Source: an uncultured Candidatus Rokubacteria bacterium (GTDB lineage: Bacteria > Methylomirabilota > Methylomirabilia > Rokubacteriales > CSP1-6). Taken from it: 64,000 nt of DNA. The notes beneath the pieces were generated by a model. It saw nothing but the letters and a program-made list of their open reading frames with translations, had not been told where the DNA came from and ran no database searches. The position numbers were made by a program, and so were the translations under genes. The stretch is from assembly GCA_963771355.1 (NCBI GenBank), contig CAVYTA010000006.1, positions 736,001 to 800,000 of the forward strand, written 5' to 3'. Positions 20,133 through 29,136 of this stretch are shown piece by piece (position 1 is the stretch's first letter; each line of letters opens with the position of its first letter).

Positions 20133-21229
20133 CCGAGGCGCTCTCGCAGCCGGCGGACGGCGGGAAACACCACCGTATCGAGGGAGTGGAGCAGGCGCCC
20201 ATAGACGCCGGTCCGGTAGATCATGAGGTGCACCGCCTCGTGATTGCCCGTCGCCCAACGAAGCTTGTAGTCATTCAGCCCGGGCCCCATGTCGTACTCG
20301 TGGAGACCCCCTCGCTCGAATAGCGCGCGCGCGATCGCGAAGTTCAGCGCGCTCCCCGGTGAGACGTCGCGGTGGGCGAGGTCGAAGTCGGCTCGCAGGG
20401 CGTTGACGCGGCCCTCGTCGCGAAGCTGGTACTCCATGGCCACGAGCCGATCGTCGAGATGCAGCGTCCAGAGGGCCAGCCAACCCCGGGCCGACGCACG
20501 GCGGGTGAGGTCGGCGAAGAACCCGTGCATGTTGGGCATCGTCGCGATGGCGACCCCGCGATCGCCCTTCCAGCTCCGCCGGGACAGCTCCACCAGCTCG
20601 GCGAACAGCGGCCCCTCGGGGTCCACCTGCGTGTGCTCTTCGATGCGCACCCGCCCGGCCCGCTCGAGACGGTTCTGGATATTCCGGGACGTCTTCTTGA
20701 AGCGCTGGCTGGTTCCCTTCCAGAAGGTCTCCCAGCCGCCCTCGATGGCCAGGTACGGCGACAGCGACGCCTCCGCGCGGCGCCACGGAAAGCGTCCGGC
20801 CAGGCTTGCTTCCAGCGCTTTGAGCGTGGGGGCGGCCGCGGGTAGCTTCTGCAGGCTCGCCACATCCCAATCGCCGCGCTCGGCAAGATGGTCGAGAAGA
20901 GCGGCCATGACCGGGCGGGCGTCCCCCGCCACCAGCACATCGATGAAGGGCGTGTCGGGGCATTCGAGCAGGGCCAGCCGCCGGGTGGGGAGACCGCGCC
21001 GGCTCTCCCGCCAGCGCATCAGCGGGACCAGCGCCACCGGATGGCCGGCGTCCTCGACGACGAGCACCTCCGGTCGCCGGGAAGGTCCCACCGCGGGCCA
21101 GCAGCAGGCGAACCAGTCATGGCTGAGGAACGGAGAGGTCTGCCCGCTGCGGGCGGCGAGGTCGTTCCAGGTGGCGGCCAGGGCCCGGAAGTCGGCGTCC
21201 GTCTCGACGCGGCGCACCCGCAGACTCAT
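20129..21229 (-). CDS. GNAT family acetyltransferase (CelD/BcsL-like)
   Basis: ATG at 21229; PFLSHDW, SPGSAL, YDMGPG...YKLRW. Confidence 0.78.
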   Translation of the reverse strand: MSLRVRRVETDADFRALAATWNDLAARSGQTSPFLSHDWFACCWPAVGPSRRPEVLVVEDAGHPVALVPLMRWRESRRGLPTRRLALLECPDTPFIDVLVAGDARPVMAALLDHLAERGDWDVASLQKLPAAAPTLKALEASLAGRFPWRRAEASLSPYLAIEGGWETFWKGTSQRFKKTSRNIQNRLERAGRVRIEEHTQVDPEGPLFAELVELSRRSWKGDRGVAIATMPNMHGFFADLTRRASARGWLALWTLHLDDRLVAMEYQLRDEGRVNALRADFDLAHRDVSPGSALNFAIARALFERGGLHEYDMGPGLNDYKLRWATGNHEAVHLMIYRTGVYGRLLHSLDTVVFPAVRRLRERLG

Positions 21230-22470
21230 GGCCCGGTGACCTCGGCCTTCGGTGTCGCGGGAGAGGCGCCGGCACGGGCGGAGGCGGGACGGACGGGGGG
21301 CGCTCCCGCGGCCTCCACCAGCGTGGCCTCGATGCGGTCGAGGACGGCGGACCAGGAATGATGTCCCTCGACGAAGGCGCGGGCGCGGGACGCCAGCACG
21401 GTTCGCGCCTCGCGATCGCGGAGCAGGCCGATGACGCGCTCCGCGAAACAAGCCGGATCGTCCTCCACCAGGAAGTGCTCGCCCGGACGGCACTCGAGGC
21501 CGCGCGCCGCCGCGCCAGTGGCCACCACCGGCACGCCGAGCGCCATCGACTGAAGCACCTTGTTCTGAATGCCCCGGGCGATGCGAAGCGGCGCCACGCA
21601 CACCGACGCCTGCCGGTAGTACGGCCGCACGTCCGGCACGGCGCCGGTGACGGTCACCCCGGGAATCTCGCCGAGCTTGCGCACCGCGGGCGCGGGATTC
21701 AACCCCACGATGAGGAAGCGGGCGCCGGGGACGGCGCGGGCCACCGCGGGGAAGATCTCCGCGCAGAAGTGTTGGACCGCATCCACGTTGGGGAAGTAGT
21801 CCATCGCGCCGGTGAAGATGACCGTGGGCGCATCGGCGGGCGGGCCGTAGCCGGCCAGATCGACGCCGTTGGGGATCACCGCGGTGCGAGCCCAGGGCGC
21901 GAAGCTCTTGAGCAGCGCCTCCTCGGCGGCGGTGGCGAGGATGCAGCGACGGCCCCAGCGCACCGCCTCGGCCTCGAAGCGGCGCAGGCGCCGGCCCTCC
22001 AGGCGGTAGGCCCACGAGATGGGCGGGCGCTGCTTGGTGGCGTATTGCGTCCACTTGTCCGAGTCCACGTCGACGAAGTCCATCACCACTGGCAGCGTGG
22101 TCCCCCGTACGTACTCGACCATGGGCGAGGAGGAGATGTACACCGCATCATAGGGCTTCTCACGCAGGCGCCGGGACACCCGGCGGGCGAGCCGGCCCGA
22201 GCGGAAGTAGGCGATGCTGAGCGAGCGGCCCATCCCGAGCCCGGCCAGGCCGCGGGCGAGCGCGGCCGGTTTCCAGAGCCCGCCCCACTCGAGGTCGGGA
22301 ATGTCCCGGCCCAGCGGGTCGAGGCCCGAGCGATCCGCCGCATCGTCGATGATGAAGCCGAGCGTCAGCTCGTGAGATCGGGCCAGGTGCCGGGCGATCT
22401 GGTACGCGCGCACCTTGTCTCCCGTATGCGGGGGATACGGTATGCGGTGGGCCAGCATCAGGATGCGCAT
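21226..22470 (-). CDS. Glycosyltransferase family 4, PEP-CTERM/exosortase-system sugar transferase type
   Basis: MRILMLAHRIPYPPHTGDKVR, DFVDVDSDKW, FTGAMDYFPNVDAV, ARGIQNKVL. Confidence 0.88.
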   Translation of the reverse strand: MRILMLAHRIPYPPHTGDKVRAYQIARHLARSHELTLGFIIDDAADRSGLDPLGRDIPDLEWGGLWKPAALARGLAGLGMGRSLSIAYFRSGRLARRVSRRLREKPYDAVYISSSPMVEYVRGTTLPVVMDFVDVDSDKWTQYATKQRPPISWAYRLEGRRLRRFEAEAVRWGRRCILATAAEEALLKSFAPWARTAVIPNGVDLAGYGPPADAPTVIFTGAMDYFPNVDAVQHFCAEIFPAVARAVPGARFLIVGLNPAPAVRKLGEIPGVTVTGAVPDVRPYYRQASVCVAPLRIARGIQNKVLQSMALGVPVVATGAAARGLECRPGEHFLVEDDPACFAERVIGLLRDREARTVLASRARAFVEGHHSWSAVLDRIEATLVEAAGAPPVRPASARAGASPATPKAEVTGP

Positions 22471-22474
22471 CGGA

Positions 22475-23716
22475 TCAGGCAAAGTTCGCGCGCGCCACCC
22501 GCGCGGCGCCGGCTCCGGCGTCGCGAACCACGGGGCCGAGAACCGCGGAGTCGAGCGTCTGCGCCAGCTGTTCGACGACCACGTCCCAGGAATGGTTGGC
22601 CCGTACGAACGCCGCCCCTCGACCGCCCAGCTCGGCGCGCAGGGACGCGCTGGCGAGCAGCTCCGCCACCCGCGCCGCACAACCGGCGGGGGCGTCCTCC
22701 ACGAGGAGGTCGCGGCCCGGCTGGACCCCGAGGCCCTCGATGGCGGGGGTCGTGCTGACCACGGGAAGCCCCGAGCACATCGCCTCGAGGATGTTCATCT
22801 GCAGCTCACCGTCCGCGGCGAGGGGCGCCACGCCGATGGCGGCCCGGTGGAGAAAGGGACGCATGTCGGCGATGGCCCTCGCGACCTCCACACCCTCGAT
22901 GCGCGCGAGCCCTTCGGCGGAGGGCGCGAGCGCGCCGCCGACCGCGAGGAAGCGCGCGGCGGGGAGCCGCCGGCGTACGGCGGGGACGACGGTCCGGAAG
23001 AACTCGGCGGCGGCGACCACCTGCCGATCCGACTCGAGCGGGCTCAGGAACAGCACCGCGGGCGCGGTGGGCAGGTGCTCGGCGGGGGTGAAGAAGTCCA
23101 CGTCCACCCCGTCGGGAATGATCACCGGCACCGGACCGGCGCCCAGATCCACCGCGCGGGCGGCCTGCGGGCTGGACACGATGCGGAGCGCGGCCCGCCG
23201 AGCGATGGCTGCCTCGGCGAGGCGGAGCCGCGCCGCCTCCGTCCGATAGAAATTCGCCCCCGGAAACGAACGTTCCCGCGCCTGCCGAGACCACCAGCGG
23301 GAGCCCACGTCGCTCAGGTCGATCACCACCGGCACCCCGGGGTCGGCGTCCAGCGCGTACTGGATCATCGTCGACGAGGAGACGTAGATGAGATCGTACG
23401 ATTCGGATCGGATCCGATCGCGCAGCCGCGTGGCGAGCGCGCTGGAGCGCGCGTAGGCGAGGGTGCAGGAGTCGCCGGCCGCCAGGCTCACCGCGCTGGC
23501 GAGCGTTTTCCATCCGCGCGGCACCACCGCGAACTCGAGATCGCCGAACTCCTCGCGAAGCGCGGACACCACCCCGACGGGGTTGGGATCGTCGGTCACG
23601 AAGGCCAGGGTCAAGCGATGGCTTCGGGCCAGATGGCGCGCGAATCGCTGCTCGCGAGTTGTCTTACCGCCCCGACCCGCAAGTGGCAACGACCGGCCAA
23701 GCATCAGGATCTTCAT
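22475..23716 (-). CDS. Glycosyltransferase family 4, divergent tandem paralog of 21226..22470
   Basis: Collinear similarity (RHLARSH.LTL.F, YISSS/YVSSS, IP.GVD, ILEAMCSGLPVV, FV...HSW). Confidence 0.8.
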   Translation of the reverse strand: MKILMLGRSLPLAGRGGKTTREQRFARHLARSHRLTLAFVTDDPNPVGVVSALREEFGDLEFAVVPRGWKTLASAVSLAAGDSCTLAYARSSALATRLRDRIRSESYDLIYVSSSTMIQYALDADPGVPVVIDLSDVGSRWWSRQARERSFPGANFYRTEAARLRLAEAAIARRAALRIVSSPQAARAVDLGAGPVPVIIPDGVDVDFFTPAEHLPTAPAVLFLSPLESDRQVVAAAEFFRTVVPAVRRRLPAARFLAVGGALAPSAEGLARIEGVEVARAIADMRPFLHRAAIGVAPLAADGELQMNILEAMCSGLPVVSTTPAIEGLGVQPGRDLLVEDAPAGCAARVAELLASASLRAELGGRGAAFVRANHSWDVVVEQLAQTLDSAVLGPVVRDAGAGAARVARANFA

Positions 23717-23792
23717 TTTTTGCTGACGTTCCTATCTCGGCCCCTCCAACGCGGAGGGATACGGTGTCTAGCGGCGTCCGCACAGCAATAAG

Positions 23793-23808
23793 TGCACGTT
23801 CTGTGCCA
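23793..23808 (-). promoter_or_regulatory. Putative sigma-54 (-24/-12) promoter, internal to the EPS locus
   Basis: Minus strand TGGCACAGAACGTGCA = GG-N10-GC, in a 98-bp intergenic gap upstream of the GT4 at 23716. Confidence 0.65.
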
Positions 23809-23814
23809 CTGATC

Positions 23815-24837
23815 TCAGGGCAAGTACCGCGTCAGTAACGGTCCGGCGAGCTTCGTCACCCCGAGCGGCAGGCGCTTCCAGGCCTCGACGGCGAGTCGCA
23901 TTCTCGGGTTGGACGGGCTCAGATTCGGCATCTTCGCGCCCTCGCGAAGAGCGTACTGATACGGCAGCGGTTGCGGCTCGAAGCCCCAGTGCCGCTTGAA
24001 GTTGTACGCGCCGGTGCCCTCACGGCTCCGGCCGAAGTCGAAGACGCGGTAACCAGCGGCGGCGACGTGGCACATGAGCGCCCAGTACATGAAATCGTTG
24101 ACCGCGTACTGGAGCCCTTCCCGGAGGGCACCCCCGTAGTAGGGCAGCGCCTGGTCCTCGTAGAGCAGGGTCAGCACCCCCGAGATCATTCGCTCGTTGC
24201 GCCATACCGTCAGCAGCTCACACTCCTTGCCGAACTCCGTGGCGAGGGCATGGAAGAGACGGCGTGGAAAGACCGGCGAGCCGAGGTTGTGCACGCTCGC
24301 CGCGTAGATCTCGTAGAAGGCGTCCAGATGCTGCATGCCCACCTCGGTGCGGAGTCCGAACTTCACCCCCTGCCGTGTCATTCGGCGCTGCTTCCGAGGG
24401 ATGGCCTCGAGGTTTTCCTCCTCCGATGCCGAGATGGGACGGCTGAACCGCACATAGAGCGACTTCGTGGGCAGATCCACCTCCTGACCGGGCCGGTGTC
24501 GAAGCTCCACGTAGTGGGCGCCGAGGCGCTGCGCGAGGGCGGTGGCCTCGGCGAGCAAGCCGTCCCGGGCGGCCGGCGTCTCCGCGCAGATACCGCCGTA
24601 CACCGCATAGGGCACGGAGACGAGCGCGCGTCCGCCCAGAAGCCCGCGGACCTCGAAGAGTGGGAGCACGCCCTCGACGCCCCCACCACGGACCGCCATC
24701 AGGTAGTGGGGCCGGTGCCCGAAGGCGGCCTCCACCGCGCGCTTCCAGGCCATCAGATGGAAGGGGCTCCCGGTGCGGCTGGCGCGGACAAACGAGTCCC
24801 AGTCGGCGCCCTGGCTTCCGAGCTCGCGGATCTCCAT
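23815..24837 (-). CDS. FemAB-related protein, PEP-CTERM system-associated type
   Basis: ATG at 24837; SVPYAVYGG, IPRKQRRM, LGSPVF, FDFGRSREGTGAYNFKRHWGF. Confidence 0.87.
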   Translation of the reverse strand: MEIRELGSQGADWDSFVRASRTGSPFHLMAWKRAVEAAFGHRPHYLMAVRGGGVEGVLPLFEVRGLLGGRALVSVPYAVYGGICAETPAARDGLLAEATALAQRLGAHYVELRHRPGQEVDLPTKSLYVRFSRPISASEEENLEAIPRKQRRMTRQGVKFGLRTEVGMQHLDAFYEIYAASVHNLGSPVFPRRLFHALATEFGKECELLTVWRNERMISGVLTLLYEDQALPYYGGALREGLQYAVNDFMYWALMCHVAAAGYRVFDFGRSREGTGAYNFKRHWGFEPQPLPYQYALREGAKMPNLSPSNPRMRLAVEAWKRLPLGVTKLAGPLLTRYLP

Positions 24838-24854
24838 GAGGGGGTTTCCGCGGC

Positions 24855-25946
24855 TCAGCGCGACGCCCCGTGAAGGAGCACGCGGACGATACGCTCGGAC
24901 GCCTTGCCATCCCAGAGCTCGGGGAGCTCGCCGGCCGGCCAGCGGCCGGTGGCGACTTCCCGCCACGCCTCGAAGATGGCCGCGGGGTCCACCCCCACGA
25001 TGCGGTTGGTGCCCCGGGTGGCGGTGATGGGCCGCTCCGTGTTCTCGCGGAGGGTGAGGCAGGGTACCCGCAAGGCGGTGGTCTCCTCCTGGATGCCCCC
25101 GGAGTCGGTGAGGACGCAGCGCGCGCTCGCCATGAGCTGGACGAAGTCGAGATAGGGCTGGGGTTCGATCAGCCGCAGGCCGCGGAGGGCGCCGATCCGG
25201 CCGTCCAGACTGGCGATGCGCGCCCGCGTACGCGGATGCACCGGGAACACCACCGGGATCTCGGCCTGGATCCGCGCGATCGCGTCCATCATCCGCCCGA
25301 GCGCTTCGGGGGTGTCCACGTTGCTCGGACGGTGGAGGGTCAGGGCCGCGTACCCGCCCGGCTCCAGCCCCAGGTCATGGAGGATGGTAGATTCGCGCGC
25401 ACGCTCGCGGTAACGGAACAGCGTGTCGATCATCACGTTGCCCACGAAGTGCACCCGCGCGGGATTCACGCCCTCGCGCGCGAGATTGTCGGCGGCGACC
25501 GGCTCGGTGGTGAAGAGGATGTCGGAGATCGAGTCGGTGAGGATGCGGTTGATCTCCTCGGGCATGGTGCGATCGCCACTGCGGAGCCCCGCTTCCACGT
25601 GCGCCAGCCGGATCCCGAGCTTCACCGCGGTGATCGCGGCGGCAAGCGTCGAGTTGACGTCTCCCACCACCACCACCCAGTCCGGCCGCCGCTCGACGAG
25701 CACAGGCTCCAGCCGCCGCATAATCTCGGCGGTCTGCCCGATGGCGGTGTCGGCGCGGGCCTCCAGGTTGACGTCGGGAGCGGGGATCTCGAGGTTCGCG
25801 AAGAAGCTCTCCGACATCTGGAGATCGTAGTGCTGACCGGTGTGGATGAGGGTGACGTCGGCTTCGGGGTACTGGCGCAACTCTGCGAGGATGGGAGCGA
25901 TCTTGACGAAGTTCGGCCGGGCGCCGACCACGGCCGCCAGCTTCAT
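24855..25946 (-). CDS. wecB: UDP-N-acetylglucosamine 2-epimerase (non-hydrolysing)
   Basis: GARPNFVK, HTGQHYD, HVEAGLRS, PEEINR, DSGGIQEE, RENTERP. Confidence 0.93.
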   Translation of the reverse strand: MKLAAVVGARPNFVKIAPILAELRQYPEADVTLIHTGQHYDLQMSESFFANLEIPAPDVNLEARADTAIGQTAEIMRRLEPVLVERRPDWVVVVGDVNSTLAAAITAVKLGIRLAHVEAGLRSGDRTMPEEINRILTDSISDILFTTEPVAADNLAREGVNPARVHFVGNVMIDTLFRYRERARESTILHDLGLEPGGYAALTLHRPSNVDTPEALGRMMDAIARIQAEIPVVFPVHPRTRARIASLDGRIGALRGLRLIEPQPYLDFVQLMASARCVLTDSGGIQEETTALRVPCLTLRENTERPITATRGTNRIVGVDPAAIFEAWREVATGRWPAGELPELWDGKASERIVRVLLHGASR

Positions 25947-26803
25947 TTGGGGTTCCCGATGGCCAGGAGCCCGATCCCCGCGAGCACCTCCGCGGCCGGA
26001 GCAAAGGCGAAGTCTCCGAGGAGCCGGGCCAGCCGCCCCTCCGTCTTGCCCACGTTGACGAGATGCCGGAAGCGGGTCAAGGGGCCCACCGGCAGTCGGG
26101 GCTGTGCGGGGTCCAGCTCCCACGGGTGGAGATAGACCATGGCCGGCTGTCCCTCGTGCCGGTTGATTCGCCGGAGCGCGCGCCGGGTGAGGGAATAGGG
26201 CATGAGTCGAAAGTAGCCGCCGCCCGCCACCGGCACTCGCCGCCCGAGCAGCGTCACGGTGGACATGGGGAACTCGGCGAGCTCGCAGCCATTGGGCGCC
26301 TTGAGCCGGTGCGGGAAGCGTGGGGCATCGGGGATACCGTATCGGTCGTGGACAATGGGGAAGATGCTCGAGTCGTACCGGAAGCCCGCCTCGCACAGCA
26401 CCTCGAGGCTCCAGAGGGTTTCCCGCATGATCGAGAAGGTGGGCGCCCGATAGCCGAGTACCGCCTGTCCGGTGGCGTTCTCGAGGGTGCTCTTCGCGCG
26501 CGTGACGTCCCGCTCGAACTCCGGGCGGGTGAGGTGCTGGATCATGCGATGCCCGTATCCGTGGCACCCGATCTCGTGTCCGAGCGAGGCGATCTCTCGG
26601 ACGAGAGCGGGAGCGCGCTCGGCGACCCAGCCCAGCACGAAGAACGTCGCCCGGACACGCTCGCGGTCCAGGACGTCGAGGATCCGCTCCGTGGAGGCCA
26701 CCACCCGGCTCTCCAGCGTGGGCCACTCCTCGGGGCGGAGCACCCGGGCAAATGCTTCCGCGTGGAAATACTCCTCGACGTCAAACGTCAGAGCGTTCTT
26801 CAC
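25943..26803 (-). CDS. Polysaccharide deacetylase, PEP-CTERM locus subfamily
   Basis: TFDVEEYF, ATFFVLGW, HGYGH, YRAPTFSI, GGGYFR, YLHPWE; GTG start at 26803 is uncertain (ORF open to 26833). Confidence 0.87.
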   Translation of the reverse strand: MKNALTFDVEEYFHAEAFARVLRPEEWPTLESRVVASTERILDVLDRERVRATFFVLGWVAERAPALVREIASLGHEIGCHGYGHRMIQHLTRPEFERDVTRAKSTLENATGQAVLGYRAPTFSIMRETLWSLEVLCEAGFRYDSSIFPIVHDRYGIPDAPRFPHRLKAPNGCELAEFPMSTVTLLGRRVPVAGGGYFRLMPYSLTRRALRRINRHEGQPAMVYLHPWELDPAQPRLPVGPLTRFRHLVNVGKTEGRLARLLGDFAFAPAAEVLAGIGLLAIGNPK

Positions 26804-27797
26804 GAGACCCGACCTCGGCGAGCAGCGGCTCATCCTGCTGGTCCGCCTCCGAGAAGAACTGGACGGCGTGCGCGAGCCCGGTCACGATCGATACGCGCGG
26901 GGCCCACCCGAGCAGTTCCCCCGCCAAGCCCCCATCGGCCCGCGCGAAGGAGAGCGGCTCCTCCCGCGGCCGGGCCAGACGCGGGACGGCATCGGTGCGC
27001 AGGAGCCGGTTGAGGATGCCGAGGATCTCCAGCGGAGACGTCAGCAGGCCCGAGCCCACGTTGATCGCGCGGCCCCTTGCCCCGGGGGTGGCCCCGGCGG
27101 CCACGGTGGCGCTCACCGCGTCGTCGACGTAGATGAAGTCCTGGCCGCCGCGACCATCCCCCGCGAAGGCCGGACGGCGCCCGCGACGCAACGTCTCGAT
27201 GAGGGCGGGGACGAAGGCCCCGTGAAGCACGGCGTTCTGTCGGGGTCCGTAGACGGTGAAGTAGCGGAGCAGCACCGTCTCCAGGTGCCGGGCCACGTGG
27301 TAGGCGCGGCAATAGATCTCCCCCGCGAGCTTGGAGGCGGCGAACATCGAGACCGGGGCCGGAGGGTGGTCCTCGGCAAACGGAGCGCCGTTGGCCGCTC
27401 CGTAGACGGACGCGCAGGACGCGAATACGACCCGCCGCACCCCTTCGGTGGCCGCGCCCTCGAGCACGTTGAGGGTGGCCTGCACATTCACGGTGTGGAC
27501 CTCGGTGGCTCCGTTCGCCATCGTTCCCGGCGGGAGGCCGGCCAGGTGATAGACGCAGTCGACCCGCCGCATGGCCTTGCGTACCAGCCGCTCGTCGCGG
27601 ACGTCCCCGATGACGAGCTCGATCCGGCGGCTGGGCCGTCCCGCGATCGGCCCGCGCTCGGGGCTCGCCTGGAGATTACGGAGTGAGCCCGTGGAGAGGT
27701 TATCCAGCACCCGCACGTCGATGCCCTGCTCGAGCAGGGCGTCGACGAGGTGGGAGCCGATGAACCCCGCGCCGCCGGTGACTAACGCGATACCCAT
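26781..27797 (-). CDS. NAD-dependent epimerase/dehydratase-fold protein (extended SDR) with altered catalytic residues
   Basis: TGGAGFIGSH, DNLSTG, RYFTVYGPRQ; YxxxK reads FAASK. Confidence 0.85.
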   Translation of the reverse strand: MGIALVTGGAGFIGSHLVDALLEQGIDVRVLDNLSTGSLRNLQASPERGPIAGRPSRRIELVIGDVRDERLVRKAMRRVDCVYHLAGLPPGTMANGATEVHTVNVQATLNVLEGAATEGVRRVVFASCASVYGAANGAPFAEDHPPAPVSMFAASKLAGEIYCRAYHVARHLETVLLRYFTVYGPRQNAVLHGAFVPALIETLRRGRRPAFAGDGRGGQDFIYVDDAVSATVAAGATPGARGRAINVGSGLLTSPLEILGILNRLLRTDAVPRLARPREEPLSFARADGGLAGELLGWAPRVSIVTGLAHAVQFFSEADQQDEPLLAEVGSREERSDV

Positions 27798-27806
27798 GGC
27801 AACCTC

Positions 27807-29123
27807 TCAGAGCGTGACGATTGATGTCCTCGAGCCGCGGTACGCCTTGAGCGCGTTACGAGTGTCCACCACCAGGGACGCCCGATCGGCGATGGTCGCG
27901 TAGTCGAAGCTCGAGTGATTGGTAAGGATGAGCACGCAGTCGGCGGCGGCGAGCGTTTCGGGCGTCGGGCTGACCGCGGTGAGCTTGCCGCCCTCGATCG
28001 CGAGCTGCGGGGTGAAGGGATCGGCGTACGACACCCGGGCGCCCTTGTGGGACAGCATCTCGATGATCTCCAGCGCGGGTGATTCGCGGATGTCGTTGAC
28101 GTCCGCCTTGTAGGTGATTCCCATGACCAGCACCGAAGAGCCCCGCATGGCCTTGCCGCGATCGTTGAGGGCGTCGCTCACCAGGGTGATCACGTGCTCC
28201 GGCATGTTGCGGTTGATCTGATCGGCGAGGGCGATGAACTGCGCCTCGTAGCCGGTGAGGCGGATCTTCCACGAGAGGTAGAGCGGGTCCACCGGGATGC
28301 AGTGGCCGCCGATGCCCGGTCCGGGATAGAAGGGCATGAAGCCGAAGGGCTTGGTAGCGGCGGCGTCGATGACCTCCCACGGATCCACCCCGATCTTGCG
28401 GCACGCGAAGGCGAGCTCGTTGGCCAGCGCGATGTTCACGCTGCGGAAGGTGTTCTCCAGGAGCTTGGCCGTCTCCGCCACCCGGGGGCTGGAAGCGCGG
28501 AAGACGCTCGAGGTCACGTGGCGATACAAGCTCGCCGCCAGCTCGGTGCACTCGGGCGTCACGCCGCCGACCACCTTGGGGATGTTGGCGGTGGTGAATC
28601 GCTTGTTGCCGGGGTCCACGCGCTCGGGGGAGAAGGCGAGGAAGTAGTCGTCGCCGATCACGCGGCCGAGGGACTCGATCCGCGGCTGGACGACCTCCTC
28701 GGTGGTGCCGGGGAACGTCGTGCTCTCCAGCACCATCAGCTGTCCCTGGCGGAGACGGGGAAGCAGATTCTCGACCGCGGAGAGGATGAACGAGATGTCC
28801 GGTTCCTTGCTCTTGCGGAGGGGAGTGGGGACGCAGATCACGATGGCGTCGGCGGAGCCGGCGTCCTCGAAGCTGGTGGTGGCGGACAGCGTGCCCGCGG
28901 CAACGAGGGGGGCGAGGGTATCGGCGGCCACGTCCACCAGATAGGACTCGCCGCGATTGAGCAGGCTCACCCGTTCGAGATCCAGATCGATGCCGCGGAC
29001 GGTGAGGCCGGCCTTGGCGAGCTCGACGGCGAGCGACAGCCCCACATAGCCCATCCCGACTATGCACACGCGGGCGGTCCGGGTCTCCAGCTTCTCCTTC
29101 AGCACGTTGCCCCAGTGATTCAC
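27807..29123 (-). CDS. UDP-sugar 6-dehydrogenase (UDP-GlcNAc/ManNAc dehydrogenase, WbpA/WecC family)
   Basis: GMGYVG, ICVPTP, ESTTFPGTT, SPER, GGHCIPVDP; AGGAG 7 nt before GTG at 29123. Confidence 0.9.
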   Translation of the reverse strand: MNHWGNVLKEKLETRTARVCIVGMGYVGLSLAVELAKAGLTVRGIDLDLERVSLLNRGESYLVDVAADTLAPLVAAGTLSATTSFEDAGSADAIVICVPTPLRKSKEPDISFILSAVENLLPRLRQGQLMVLESTTFPGTTEEVVQPRIESLGRVIGDDYFLAFSPERVDPGNKRFTTANIPKVVGGVTPECTELAASLYRHVTSSVFRASSPRVAETAKLLENTFRSVNIALANELAFACRKIGVDPWEVIDAAATKPFGFMPFYPGPGIGGHCIPVDPLYLSWKIRLTGYEAQFIALADQINRNMPEHVITLVSDALNDRGKAMRGSSVLVMGITYKADVNDIRESPALEIIEMLSHKGARVSYADPFTPQLAIEGGKLTAVSPTPETLAAADCVLILTNHSSFDYATIADRASLVVDTRNALKAYRGSRTSIVTL

Positions 29124-29136
29124 GAGCGATCTCCTC

